In this document: piece by piece, positions 31,625 to 41,438 of the stretch
How the letters are laid out: every line of letters begins with the position of its first letter
Position numbering within the stretch: position 1 is the first letter of the stretch
From: a virus
Direction: 5' to 3' (one strand)
DNA: 64,000 nt
IMG/VR virus record: IMGVR_UViG_3300011113_000649
Location: 1-64,000 of that record
Notes under the pieces: model-generated
Told to the model about the DNA's origin: nothing
The model's input: only the letters and a program-made list of their open reading frames with translations
Databases searched by the model: none
Made by a program: the position numbers and the translations under genes

Positions 31625-31947
31625 AGTTCAACAACCTTAATATCTTTAAAAAAAGTTCTATCTAATTTGGAAGTAACGATATCAGAAGGATCACAGAATA
31701 GAGAAATGTTTTTGGATCTAATGTGGTTTTTATTAGCTACTAAATCTTGTAAATTTAAAAATGCTATTTCTATATTTTGAAAAGTAATATAATAAGATGG
31801 AATAACGGCATATTTTGACTGCAGCGACGGAATATCTGAAATTAAAAATATATCATCCAGATTATTATATTCTGAAAGAATATTGTCTATGTAAGATATT
31901 TGATCTTGCTTAGAAACCCATATTCCTAATCTAGTGTATGTATGCAT
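31621..31947 (-). CDS. Hypothetical protein
   Basis: Coupled ORF in operon. Confidence 0.55.
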   Translation of the reverse strand: MHTYTRLGIWVSKQDQISYIDNILSEYNNLDDIFLISDIPSLQSKYAVIPSYYITFQNIEIAFLNLQDLVANKNHIRSKNISLFCDPSDIVTSKLDRTFFKDIKVVEL

Positions 31948-32572
31948 AATATTCTTTTTGGTTAGGTGTTTTACAAAAAATCGGTTTTACTATACATCCG
32001 GCATCAATTAATTTATTTATTAACTCAAATAAAAAATAATTTCTATATTGTGAATCAGATATTATATTTTGTAATATTTTTGCATCAGCGGTTGATAGAT
32101 AATAAATATCATCAATATAATTAGGCAAATCAAAACTAATATTATCAATCTGGTTACGATTTATAATACATCCTATATGTTTTTTATTATTTGGGGTTAT
32201 TACAATTTGAGTACCTAGACTAGTATCAAATCTATTAAATAATTTTTGATCAAATATAGTATAGCCAAAAACTATTAAGGTATCAGTTGTTAAATAATTT
32301 TTAGTCAAGTATATACTGTGTCCGTCGCTAGTAGATTCATAGTCTGTATTATTTATATACGATACATCTTTGTAATTTTTCTTTATAAATGTCTCAATTT
32401 TTTTAGATTCAAACCCGCCAACATAAACAACCTCAGCGTTTGGATAATATCTTTTAATAGTATCGTATTGATGTTGAAATATAGTATAATTTTTTTTTAA
32501 CTTGATTAATCCGGCACATCCTTTAGACTTCATGCCTTTGTGATATTTATCGCCTAAAATAAGAAAATTCAT
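31931..32572 (-). CDS. NTP-transferase (LicC/MobA-like) fold protein with degenerate signature
   Basis: VVYVGGFE, INNTDYEST, LIVFG; canonical LAAGxGxR replaced by LGDKYHKG. Confidence 0.55.
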   Translation of the reverse strand: MNFLILGDKYHKGMKSKGCAGLIKLKKNYTIFQHQYDTIKRYYPNAEVVYVGGFESKKIETFIKKNYKDVSYINNTDYESTSDGHSIYLTKNYLTTDTLIVFGYTIFDQKLFNRFDTSLGTQIVITPNNKKHIGCIINRNQIDNISFDLPNYIDDIYYLSTADAKILQNIISDSQYRNYFLFELINKLIDAGCIVKPIFCKTPNQKEYYAYIH

Positions 32573-33321
32573 ATAATTATATGTGTAGAATTGTCTTGTA
32601 AAATATCTGTTTTTTCTATAAGCAGGGAGTGCCTATAGTTTGGAGCACTAAATAGTATCGCTGATTTGTCGGAGTTTCTTATCGCTATAAATCTATCCAT
32701 TTCTTCGTACACAATTGAATTAGCATGATTAACAATATTATTTATATCATTATTAATGGAGGTTGTAGACAAAATAAATCTATATTTTTTGTTCAGATTC
32801 ACGACCTCGTGTAAAATATCTTCATATTTTTTGTCGAACAACATAGTTTGGACACGCCATTTACATTTAAGACCAGCGTTTTCTATTATTTCTTTAATCA
32901 GATTATATGGTAATTTTTTATCGTCTTGCTGATATCTGATAAAAATAATTTTACTAGGTTTTATGGTTAGGTTATGTAATATTGTAGTTAATTCTTTTAC
33001 ATCGTTGTCTGTAATTTTTTTGAGATCAATCACAAGCAAGTAATGCAAATAGTTGCTTTCTTTGTATTTATTAATTTTTTCTTCTATTGATAGATGATTT
33101 AATTGTTTTTTTTCAAACCAACTATTTTCCCTGTATCCTATACATTTCTTATTATTTATAATATAGAATTCTTTATCATCATCATATGCTTCAAGTATTT
33201 CTATATTTTTTGTCTTATATAAAGAAATGTAATCTAAATGACAATCTATTTGAGTAATATCCTCATATTTTGCAAAAACACAATTTTTACATGTTGTGTG
33301 AATTGGATTTATTGTTGACAT
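32569..33321 (-). CDS. Hypothetical protein with N-terminal Cys cluster
   Basis: HTTCKNC..C..C. Confidence 0.6.
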   Translation of the reverse strand: MSTINPIHTTCKNCVFAKYEDITQIDCHLDYISLYKTKNIEILEAYDDDKEFYIINNKKCIGYRENSWFEKKQLNHLSIEEKINKYKESNYLHYLLVIDLKKITDNDVKELTTILHNLTIKPSKIIFIRYQQDDKKLPYNLIKEIIENAGLKCKWRVQTMLFDKKYEDILHEVVNLNKKYRFILSTTSINNDINNIVNHANSIVYEEMDRFIAIRNSDKSAILFSAPNYRHSLLIEKTDILQDNSTHIII

Positions 33322-34955
33322 CTTAGAAAGTCCTCTATTTCTAGTTTTTCTTCATTAAATCTCATGCTTTCGGCAGCCACTTTATTATTTAGATATTGCT
33401 CTAGCGCCTGTACGGCATCTTTAAACAAAAAGGTTTTTATAGTGCCATTTCTAGCAATCAGTTTAGTAGATAGATCTCTGATAATCTGTTGAACATGGGA
33501 AGTATTTATTAAATATGGTTCATTAATAATATTATTGCAAATATATTCCACAAACTCTCTAGGGTTTAAATTTCCAGGAACCGTCATATTTTCGTGTTTG
33601 GTAGTAAATTTTTCTCTTGCATTCCAGGGTACTTTATTTGTAATACTTAATTGATCAAAACATTCATCCCAGGTGTTATATACATTGTCCCATGTGTATA
33701 TGGATAAGCATTTTTCTCTGATCTTTTTAGAATTAGATATTTTTATATCATCAGACATTTCGTTAAAATATTTATATAAAAGATCTGTAGTGAAATCGTT
33801 ATCAGGATACACTCTATCAGCATTGGTTTCTAGTTCTCTAAACATTCTTTTTACCGGAATTTTTATTCCATTTAAATTTTCTACAATTTCTGTCATAGCA
33901 CTATAATCAACCGAAGCTATTTGTATGCCACACGCAGCGGCTTCTACTTGAGGCATACCAAACCCCTCGCATATAGCATATTGAATGAAGATATCAAACA
34001 AATTATATATTTCATTCAGTTCTGTGGTTGATACACTATTTGCAACACTGGCAAAACACGCAGTATTATCTACATTACAATGCTTGCATCTTATTAAGGC
34101 ATTATTAAATTTTGAAGGAAAACATTTGTGACAATTTCTGCATGTGTATGTGAAATATGTTTTATCTAATAACCCAAACTCTAATAATAGACTAGGTAAA
34201 TCCCATCCATTTTCTTCGGGATATGATGTATGTAAATATAGATATGTCTTATTGTATTTATCGGTATTTTTAATTTTATGCAAATAGTTCTTAAAAGTTA
34301 AAAGAATGTCAGGTATTAGTTTGCGCTTTTGATTCCTCATTACCAATCCAACTATATCATAGTCATCTTCAAAATATTTTCTTTTGTGAGCTTTTTTATT
34401 CTCAATCGGATAAAACTCATTAGGATTAATACCAGCATTGGCTATCTTGGGAAATATATTCAGTTTATTTCCACCACCAATTCTTAGTGTTGTTTTTGCC
34501 CACTCAGTATATGGAACAACTACATCCGCGTTTGCAAAAGTATAATACCAGTCAGTTTTTTGGGGGGCAGAATCTACTGTTGGCATTAAGACCCAGTGAA
34601 AGTGTCTACGAAATGGACTGGTTTCTTGATAAGCACTCATCCAGTAGTCTCTTACATCGAAAACTATATCCGGCTTAAAATCGAAGATGGCCCGATTAAA
34701 TCTCCACGACCCAAACTGATGTGCAGGATTACTTCTATATGAGTCAAACCTTTTATCGTCAGGGCCGACAGCATTAGGATAAAATTTCCAAGGAATTGTT
34801 CTGATCTCTGGTCTGCTACAGTCGGCATAACACCCAAGCTCTGCTACTTCATATTTGCCAGAGTTGTGAAGTCTAGTAAGAAGTTCTTTACCATATACCC
34901 CATAACCACTAGCAATAAAACTAGAATCATTAGCAATAAATACTCTTTTTTTCAT
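33309..34955 (-). CDS. GT-B (GT4-like) glycosyltransferase with inserted Zn ribbon
   Basis: RNQKRK, EGFGMPQVEAAACG; CRNC...CKHC insertion. Confidence 0.8.
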   Translation of the reverse strand: MKKRVFIANDSSFIASGYGVYGKELLTRLHNSGKYEVAELGCYADCSRPEIRTIPWKFYPNAVGPDDKRFDSYRSNPAHQFGSWRFNRAIFDFKPDIVFDVRDYWMSAYQETSPFRRHFHWVLMPTVDSAPQKTDWYYTFANADVVVPYTEWAKTTLRIGGGNKLNIFPKIANAGINPNEFYPIENKKAHKRKYFEDDYDIVGLVMRNQKRKLIPDILLTFKNYLHKIKNTDKYNKTYLYLHTSYPEENGWDLPSLLLEFGLLDKTYFTYTCRNCHKCFPSKFNNALIRCKHCNVDNTACFASVANSVSTTELNEIYNLFDIFIQYAICEGFGMPQVEAAACGIQIASVDYSAMTEIVENLNGIKIPVKRMFRELETNADRVYPDNDFTTDLLYKYFNEMSDDIKISNSKKIREKCLSIYTWDNVYNTWDECFDQLSITNKVPWNAREKFTTKHENMTVPGNLNPREFVEYICNNIINEPYLINTSHVQQIIRDLSTKLIARNGTIKTFLFKDAVQALEQYLNNKVAAESMRFNEEKLEIEDFLRCQQ

Positions 34956-34969
34956 ATTATAGTTTCCTA

Positions 34970-35006
34970 GATGATGAGAACCCCTATTTCTAGGGGTCTC
35001 ACCACC
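34970..35006 (-). terminator. Stem-loop downstream of ssb
   Basis: TGAGACCCCTA-GAAA-TAGGGGTTCTCA on the - strand; weak U tract. Confidence 0.5.
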
Positions 35007-35020
35007 ATTAGTTATTTGAA

Positions 35021-35392
35021 TCAGAAAGCCACCGGTTCAGCTTCTTGAGCGGTTTTAGTCCTCTTGGTCTTAACAATCTGACCAAAATTATTAACTCTAA
35101 CCTTGATGGTACTATGCTTTACGCCATCTTTTTCCCAGCTATCATTCCTAAGACTGCCCTCAACCATTACTAAATCACCCTTCTTAAAAGACGACGCAAT
35201 GGCTTCGGCACCACTATCCCATGCTTCGCATTGAATAAAAGATGTTACCTTGTCTTGTGAGCCATTAGCCTTAGTAAACTCACGAGAAGTGGCGACCGTA
35301 AAGTTGACAACAGACGTTTGCTTGTCGCCAATATTGACGGTTCTTAGTTCAGGATCTCGTGCAAGATTACCACGTATCATAACAATATTCAT
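35021..35392 (-). CDS. ssb: Single-stranded DNA-binding protein
   Basis: GNLARDPELR, FIQCEAW, KKGDLVMVEGSL; AAGGAG RBS before ATG 35392. Confidence 0.95.
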   Translation of the reverse strand: MNIVMIRGNLARDPELRTVNIGDKQTSVVNFTVATSREFTKANGSQDKVTSFIQCEAWDSGAEAIASSFKKGDLVMVEGSLRNDSWEKDGVKHSTIKVRVNNFGQIVKTKRTKTAQEAEPVAF

Positions 35393-35433
35393 ATATAAGC
35401 TCCTTAAAAAATAAAAAGTAACCAACTGACAAT

Positions 35434-35462
35434 ATTATAACGTTCCCGTGGTGTGGCGTCAA
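35434..35462 (-). promoter_or_regulatory. Sigma70-type promoter for ssb
   Basis: TTGACG-17 nt-TATAAT; -35 overlaps the upstream TGA. Confidence 0.8.
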
Positions 35463-37078
35463 GTTCGTGCGACGTATGCTTTTTCTACCACAAAACTATC
35501 TTTGGTCCTCGACCTAGTTCCACACACAATAATAACATTTCCTGAGAACAATATAGATTTATATTTTTTATAAACCTCTGGAAAGAATATGACAGAATCC
35601 ACGGACCCTGTACCATCAGACATTGTGACAAAGCTCATTTCCTCGCCAGGAGTTTTTCCATTTTTTGTTTTAATTGCATTTATAAAGTCTATTTCACCAC
35701 CCATTATTAAGTTATTTGTATTAATACCATTCTTAAAATCTCTACAAGTAGTATTGGTCATGCTAATATCATACATATCAACTTTAGAACAAGTGATTGA
35801 ACATCCTAAATTAGAGTCCTCTACATCCGCAATCCACTCTGGATTATCATCCAAAGAATATGGAGGATTTTGTAACATAGTTATTGCATCGCTAATAATT
35901 TTTTTTCTGTTTTTATTACTTTTACCATTTATAAATAAATCATCTAAAGCTGTCTTAAGTGATGTATAGTTTTGAATATTCTCTATAATATATGCTGATT
36001 CTTTTTTTGTCAACATTGATATTATTTCATATTCAAATAACATACAAGTTCTGGTTTTATGTACAAAAGATACCGCACCACTTTCTATTAATGCTTTAGC
36101 TGCAGTTGAATTAATATTAATTAAAATCTTAAATAATATTTCTAACCACGATAATTCTAAAAGAGATTGATTTAATTCTAAAACAATTTTTTGCAGTTTA
36201 GTAAAAACAGAAGAGCCTACTCCCTTAATGTCTGTTAATCCGAAATAAATATCGTTATTTTTTAAAATAAAAAATTCATTCATTATTCTCAGATCTGGAG
36301 TTTTGATATTAACATCCATTTCGTTGGCGTTTTGCACCAAGGCTTTAATCTCTTCATGAGGATCAATTTTATCTTTTGCAAATCTTAGATATGAAGCAAA
36401 AAATACTTTGGGGAAGTGAGCCTTAGCATATGCCGATAAGTAAGCATTAATAGCATAGCTTACACTATGAGACTTATTAAATGAATATCTTTGGCTCTTC
36501 TCAATCCAGCCGAAAATTTGTTCGGCCTCGGACTGATTAACAATTTGTGTTTTTGTTACGCCTTCTAAAAATTTAGTCCTGATTTTTGCCATTTCTTCTG
36601 GTTTTTTCTTACCAATAGCCTTACGCAACATATCGGCTTCTTGTAAATTGAACCCAGCTATGTTCTTAGCAATTTCCATTGCTTGTTCTTGATATATCAT
36701 TTCACCATATGTGGTTTTTAGAATAGGTTCTAAGGCTGGATGAAAATAGTCTAAAGATTCTTCCCCATTCTTTTTATCTATATAATGATTTGTAACGCTT
36801 TTTCCATTACGAATCGCCTCTAGCGTACCCGGCCTTAGAATAGCAATCAGAGCGGACAACTGCTCTATATTTTCTGGTTTAAGTTTTTTAGCTATTGATC
36901 TACCTAGTCTAGATTCTAGCTGAAATATTCCTTTAGTATTACCATCACCAATAAGATTCCAGGTTCTAGAACAATCTAGATTTATTTTTTCTATAGATGG
37001 ATCAAAGCTAATACTCTTACCGTGATCGTCTACCAAATCAAAACAACAACCACAACTATAACTAAATTTTTTACTCAT
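35459..37078 (-). CDS. dnaE: DNA polymerase III alpha, C-terminal part (fingers, HhH, OB)
   Basis: GIFQLES, LRPG, IYQEQ, RKAIGKK, YSFNKSH, GLTDIKGVG; ATG 37078 overlaps the dnaQ stop. Confidence 0.92.
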   Translation of the reverse strand: MSKKFSYSCGCCFDLVDDHGKSISFDPSIEKINLDCSRTWNLIGDGNTKGIFQLESRLGRSIAKKLKPENIEQLSALIAILRPGTLEAIRNGKSVTNHYIDKKNGEESLDYFHPALEPILKTTYGEMIYQEQAMEIAKNIAGFNLQEADMLRKAIGKKKPEEMAKIRTKFLEGVTKTQIVNQSEAEQIFGWIEKSQRYSFNKSHSVSYAINAYLSAYAKAHFPKVFFASYLRFAKDKIDPHEEIKALVQNANEMDVNIKTPDLRIMNEFFILKNNDIYFGLTDIKGVGSSVFTKLQKIVLELNQSLLELSWLEILFKILININSTAAKALIESGAVSFVHKTRTCMLFEYEIISMLTKKESAYIIENIQNYTSLKTALDDLFINGKSNKNRKKIISDAITMLQNPPYSLDDNPEWIADVEDSNLGCSITCSKVDMYDISMTNTTCRDFKNGINTNNLIMGGEIDFINAIKTKNGKTPGEEMSFVTMSDGTGSVDSVIFFPEVYKKYKSILFSGNVIIVCGTRSRTKDSFVVEKAYVART

Positions 37079-37760
37079 TAAACGAATTCTTAAACTTAAC
37101 CTTTGAAGCAATATTTCTATGTAGTTTCATAAACCTGATCATAATTTCTGCGGTATCTTTGACGTCTTTAATAGCGTCATGAGCACCCTTTTTATCTATG
37201 CCAAAATATTCTCGTAAAGAATCCAGAGTATAACTTTTCAAGTCGGGATTGTGCTCAAACCAATAAAAAATTATATTCATTACGTCTATAACATCTCTAG
37301 GATAAAAAATATCAGATGTATTTTCTTTATTAGTATTACCATATTTTTGACTTAATCTATCTATAATTTTAAGATCAAATCTATTAATATTATATCCAGC
37401 AGCTATTGGTGCGCTAAATTGACTCTTCTTGGAAGATCTTGAATGATATTTATCTAGATAATTAATAAACATATTCCAAGACTGTTGCTGCTTGGGGTAG
37501 TTTTTCCATTCATTCAAAACATCGTCTTTAGAACAGCCTTTGACCTTTGAATGAAAATCTAAAATATCTGTAGTATATACATAATCATTATTTTGTTCCA
37601 AAACTTCTGGCTTAAAATTAATATTAAACTCTGAATTCGGTATAATTTCTAGTTTAATTGGATCAATAATTACGGCCGCAATTTGTACAGGACTACAGGC
37701 TTTAGGATCCGAGCCATCGGTTTCAAAATCAAAAACACAAATTTTGTTATAATTAATCAT
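37071..37760 (-). CDS. dnaQ: DEDDh 3'-5' exonuclease (DnaQ/epsilon-like)
   Basis: VFDFETDG, GYNINRFD, HDAIKD. Confidence 0.88.
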   Translation of the reverse strand: MINYNKICVFDFETDGSDPKACSPVQIAAVIIDPIKLEIIPNSEFNINFKPEVLEQNNDYVYTTDILDFHSKVKGCSKDDVLNEWKNYPKQQQSWNMFINYLDKYHSRSSKKSQFSAPIAAGYNINRFDLKIIDRLSQKYGNTNKENTSDIFYPRDVIDVMNIIFYWFEHNPDLKSYTLDSLREYFGIDKKGAHDAIKDVKDTAEIMIRFMKLHRNIASKVKFKNSFNE

Positions 37761-37935
37761 TAACTTGTACTACCGTGAGTGGCTTTACTTGAATAGCTTC
37801 TGTAGACTGCGAAGCGTTCACCGCGTTTAAAACTTTGCAGCAACTAATTCTTTTATCTTGAATCTTAATATATTCTGTTCCATTTAAAGTAAATTTATCG
37901 TTTACCTTTAATTCTTTAAATTCAATTTCTTTCAT
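37753..37935 (-). CDS. 60-aa hypothetical protein
   Basis: AGGAG RBS; FKELKVNDKF; tightly packed in the polymerase cluster. Confidence 0.65.
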   Translation of the reverse strand: MKEIEFKELKVNDKFTLNGTEYIKIQDKRISCCKVLNAVNASQSTEAIQVKPLTVVQVND

Positions 37936-37936
37936 A

Positions 37937-39805
37937 CTAGACTCCTTGTTGTAATAAAAATCTAATGGTCATAATTTTATCTAACATCGCAACACCTAAA
38001 ATATCAAACTTAATAATTCCTATGCTTTCTAGATCTTGCATTTCCATGCCAGCAATCAGTTGTTTATTTTTGCTATCGTAAACCATAGGACAAATTTCGT
38101 TTAATGGTTCAGAACTTATAGCGATTCCAGCCGCGTGTTTTGATTGATTTGATTTAGTTCCCTCTAGCCGTATCGCTTGTTCAAATCTTTTTGCTAGTGG
38201 TCCTTGTAGTTCTCCACTTTCATCAATATAGCACCACTCTTTGAGTTTGTCAACATTGTTTTCTAGTGACCAGCGAATGATAGAAGATTCGCCAGTTTCT
38301 TCTTTCATTTCTTGAAGTTCATCGGCTATTTTAGCTTCGTCAGGTATGTTTTTAGTAATTCTATTCATTTCCTCAAAGCTAACATTACCATATACTCTTA
38401 AAACGTCTTTTAGCGCCCCGCGTCCCTTAATGGTATTAAAAGTAATCATTTGAGAAACTTTATCATACCCATACTTATTTTTAATATATTCAATGATAAC
38501 TTCTCTCTTATCTATGGGAACGTCAACATCAATATCTGGCATACTAATATGATCTTCTGAATTACGTCCAGCATTATAAAATCTATCGAACAATAAATTA
38601 TATCTTATTGGATCAATACTAGTAATCCCAATTAAGTAAGAAACCAGACAACCAGCAGCAGAGCCTCGACCGGGTCCAGGTAACCAATTATTTTTTCTTA
38701 CAAAGTTCACTATGTCTTGTACAATTAGAAAATAACTCGACAGTCCAGCACCCTGTAAAACATCTAGTTCATATTTAATTCTATCTAAATATTCTTGTTG
38801 ATTATTTTTATCTATTACTGGATTAATTTTATCTCTCCAGCCTATTCTGCATAGTTCCCTGAGATATTCATCTGGATTCATATTTTTAGGACATTGAAAC
38901 GGTGGCAATTTAGGCTTATTTAGAATATTATAGTGTTCCACCAAATCCGCCACATAATTTGTATTTTCAATTTCTTGTGATGTATGAATTTCTTTCATTT
39001 CCTCTTGAGAAGGAATATGATAATTTTCTGAAGTAAAAAAGCAAGACAACGGCGTTTCTTCGTCATTACTAATTTTTCTACTAATTTCTGGAAATGTTGT
39101 TTTTAGGTTATTGCAAAGCAAAATCCTTTGATCTATTGCGTCCTCTTTTTTACAATAGTGAGCATCTGGAGTGCAAATAACTTTTGTATTAGTTTCTTGA
39201 GCTATTTTTCTGACAGCATTTGTTAAAAGTTCTTGAACTGGTAAATTTTGTTTATCTATCAGTTGAGCCTCTAAAAATACTTTGTCTTGAAAAATTTGCT
39301 TCAAATATTCAATATGTTTTTTACCAGATTCTAACCAGTTCTCTTTTAACTGATATGATTCTAAGATTTGGTCGGATAGAGTAGAGCCTAGATGTCCAGT
39401 AATAGCAATCAAATTTCCGCTATTTATTTTGGCTATAGCTTCTAGATTAAGTCTAGGTTTATGATAATAATGCTCTGGTTTGTTAGATTCAGAAACTATC
39501 TTAATAAGATCAAGCCAACCAGCATGATTTTGTGCAAGAATGATAAAATGAGCTAACGACCTATTATCTTTATCTTGAATGGCTGGGTCTTTTTCGCAAA
39601 TATATAATTCACAACCCAGGATCGGTTTAATACCAGCCTCTTTCATAGCGCTATAGAATTTAACAGATCCGGCAATATTGCCATGATCTGTCAATGCGCA
39701 TGATGATGCCCCTATCTCTTTGCATCTGGCGGCAATTTGTTCTGGTTGACTTAATCCGTCCAATAACGAAAAATGTGAATGTACATGCAGAGGAATATAG
39801 TTCAT
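37937..39805 (-). CDS. dnaE: DNA polymerase III alpha, N-terminal part (PHP, palm, thumb)
   Basis: HVHSHFSLLDG, TDHGN, GPGRGSAAG, MPDIDVD, HAAG, KFDILG. Confidence 0.95.
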   Translation of the reverse strand: MNYIPLHVHSHFSLLDGLSQPEQIAARCKEIGASSCALTDHGNIAGSVKFYSAMKEAGIKPILGCELYICEKDPAIQDKDNRSLAHFIILAQNHAGWLDLIKIVSESNKPEHYYHKPRLNLEAIAKINSGNLIAITGHLGSTLSDQILESYQLKENWLESGKKHIEYLKQIFQDKVFLEAQLIDKQNLPVQELLTNAVRKIAQETNTKVICTPDAHYCKKEDAIDQRILLCNNLKTTFPEISRKISNDEETPLSCFFTSENYHIPSQEEMKEIHTSQEIENTNYVADLVEHYNILNKPKLPPFQCPKNMNPDEYLRELCRIGWRDKINPVIDKNNQQEYLDRIKYELDVLQGAGLSSYFLIVQDIVNFVRKNNWLPGPGRGSAAGCLVSYLIGITSIDPIRYNLLFDRFYNAGRNSEDHISMPDIDVDVPIDKREVIIEYIKNKYGYDKVSQMITFNTIKGRGALKDVLRVYGNVSFEEMNRITKNIPDEAKIADELQEMKEETGESSIIRWSLENNVDKLKEWCYIDESGELQGPLAKRFEQAIRLEGTKSNQSKHAAGIAISSEPLNEICPMVYDSKNKQLIAGMEMQDLESIGIIKFDILGVAMLDKIMTIRFLLQQGV

Positions 39806-40848
39806 TCTGTGCTTCCGGGTGCTTTGTATTTACCAACACTATAGCCGTTGACAGTATAGTTGTCAACAACGTTTTTTATGCCGTTTAATTCGATTTCATG
39901 TTTTAGCTGTTCACACATAGTCATACAGCTTCCTTTTGCACAAACCTGATTATCTCTATATTCTATTATAGGTAATATACTATTATGGTTCTCAAACGTA
40001 TTTTTCCCAAAATAGCACAACTTAGTACATTTCCACGTTTTACTAAGCCGAGGATTTTGGCAGCGTTTAATTTCTTCAAATTTTTTACGTATTAAATTTT
40101 CTGTCGATGTTAAATCAGATTTGTCAAAACACATACTAAATGCTCCACCATCATTAATAAAGTTAATAGACATTATAATATGATCATATTCAGGATATAA
40201 TTTACTGAGAGCATAATGATATATTTTTAATTGTGGGTCTTTATATAATTTTTCTAATGTTTTTTGTTGCCCCGTCGCCCAATCTAGTCGCTTACCGGTT
40301 TTCCAATCTATTACTTCTAGTGTAGAATCATTGGCTTTTGTTATTAAGTCAATAGTTCCCTTAATAGCCAGCTTGCCTTCAATCACACCGTCTTTAGTTT
40401 CATACTTATATTCAGCCCAAGGCTTATCTATTACTATATCAAAATGTTGCTCTGGCTGAACCACGAATCTCGACCTAGGATCAAAGATGCCGTTGTGGTC
40501 TGTGAGAGCTTTATGAACCCATAGATGGGTATCTTTTAAGTCTTTTGTTGACCACTCATGGTGTTTAAACTGAGACGTGTAGTAGTCGTATACGCGTTCT
40601 GTAATATGGTCTAAATTATACTCATCAACAAATATATCACCCAAGATATCATCTACATAAGTATTTAGCTTATTTTGCTGACTTAGTTTGATACCGGCTA
40701 AAATTTCTAGAACTTTATGGACTATAGTACCCTTATCAGCCTTTTTATTTGATGGACTTCTATAGCCTAAACTATACTCTAGAAAATATTGCATTTCACA
40801 AAAGGAGTGGGTTCCATAAGAACTACTACGCAAATATGTGATTATTAT
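39802..40848 (-). CDS. Cas4/AddB-like PD-(D/E)XK exonuclease (possible ATA start)
   Basis: GTIVHKVLE, KGTIDL, VIDWKTG, QLKIY; N- and C-terminal Cys. Confidence 0.8.
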   Translation of the reverse strand: MIITYLRSSSYGTHSFCEMQYFLEYSLGYRSPSNKKADKGTIVHKVLEILAGIKLSQQNKLNTYVDDILGDIFVDEYNLDHITERVYDYYTSQFKHHEWSTKDLKDTHLWVHKALTDHNGIFDPRSRFVVQPEQHFDIVIDKPWAEYKYETKDGVIEGKLAIKGTIDLITKANDSTLEVIDWKTGKRLDWATGQQKTLEKLYKDPQLKIYHYALSKLYPEYDHIIMSINFINDGGAFSMCFDKSDLTSTENLIRKKFEEIKRCQNPRLSKTWKCTKLCYFGKNTFENHNSILPIIEYRDNQVCAKGSCMTMCEQLKHEIELNGIKNVVDNYTVNGYSVGKYKAPGSTE

Positions 40849-41438
40849 GACAGCACCTTTTTCTTTTTTAGAAAATTTAATACCACCTCGTTTTGTTGAG
40901 GAATACTTAGATTCTCGTTGTAAATTACTAAATCAAAATTACTATTTGAATAATGATTAGCGTCTAAAGCAATTTCGCTAGCATGATCAGAATTGTGTGG
41001 ATTTCTAGTCAGTTTTATCACCAAACCTCCAGCATCCCTGATTGCGTCAACTTCATTAGGAAATCTACAATCTGCTATAATAGCTATTTGTGGTTTGTCT
41101 TTTTTAATTTTATTGATTGTGGCACTAGACCAAACATCATTTTTCATTTTTCTAAAAAGATCTGTTCCGACAAATTGCATGACTTCTCTTGCGGTTAGTT
41201 TTGTATTTCTCCACACTATGTCTGTTAATTCATTTTTTTTATTGTCATCACCATAACATTGATCATATGTTAAACCTAAAATATTTATACAAATATCTTT
41301 TTTGAGAGGATCAGCAAAATTATAAATTTTAGCTCCATTATATGGTTCTATAGCGCCATTAAAATATTTCGCCACAAACTCAGAGCATGTGGTTTTTCCA
41401 GACTGTTTTCTACCAGCAAAAGCTATTATATTAGTCAT
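40845..41438 (-). CDS. Deoxynucleoside monophosphate kinase
   Basis: GRKQSGKTT, FADPLK, REVMQFVGTD, DCRFPNE, HASE. Confidence 0.88.
   Translation of the reverse strand: MTNIIAFAGRKQSGKTTCSEFVAKYFNGAIEPYNGAKIYNFADPLKKDICINILGLTYDQCYGDDNKKNELTDIVWRNTKLTAREVMQFVGTDLFRKMKNDVWSSATINKIKKDKPQIAIIADCRFPNEVDAIRDAGGLVIKLTRNPHNSDHASEIALDANHYSNSNFDLVIYNENLSIPQQNEVVLNFLKKKKVLS

Noticed and set aside
35459-39805. Split intein or readthrough joining the dnaE halves (they are in the same frame)
   Set aside because: No intein terminal motifs; the spacer is filled by two genes in other frames; same frame has a 1-in-3 chance
39802-40848. Cas4-like gene as part of a CRISPR-Cas system
   Set aside because: No array or other cas genes seen; standalone Cas4-like exonucleases are common in phage replication modules
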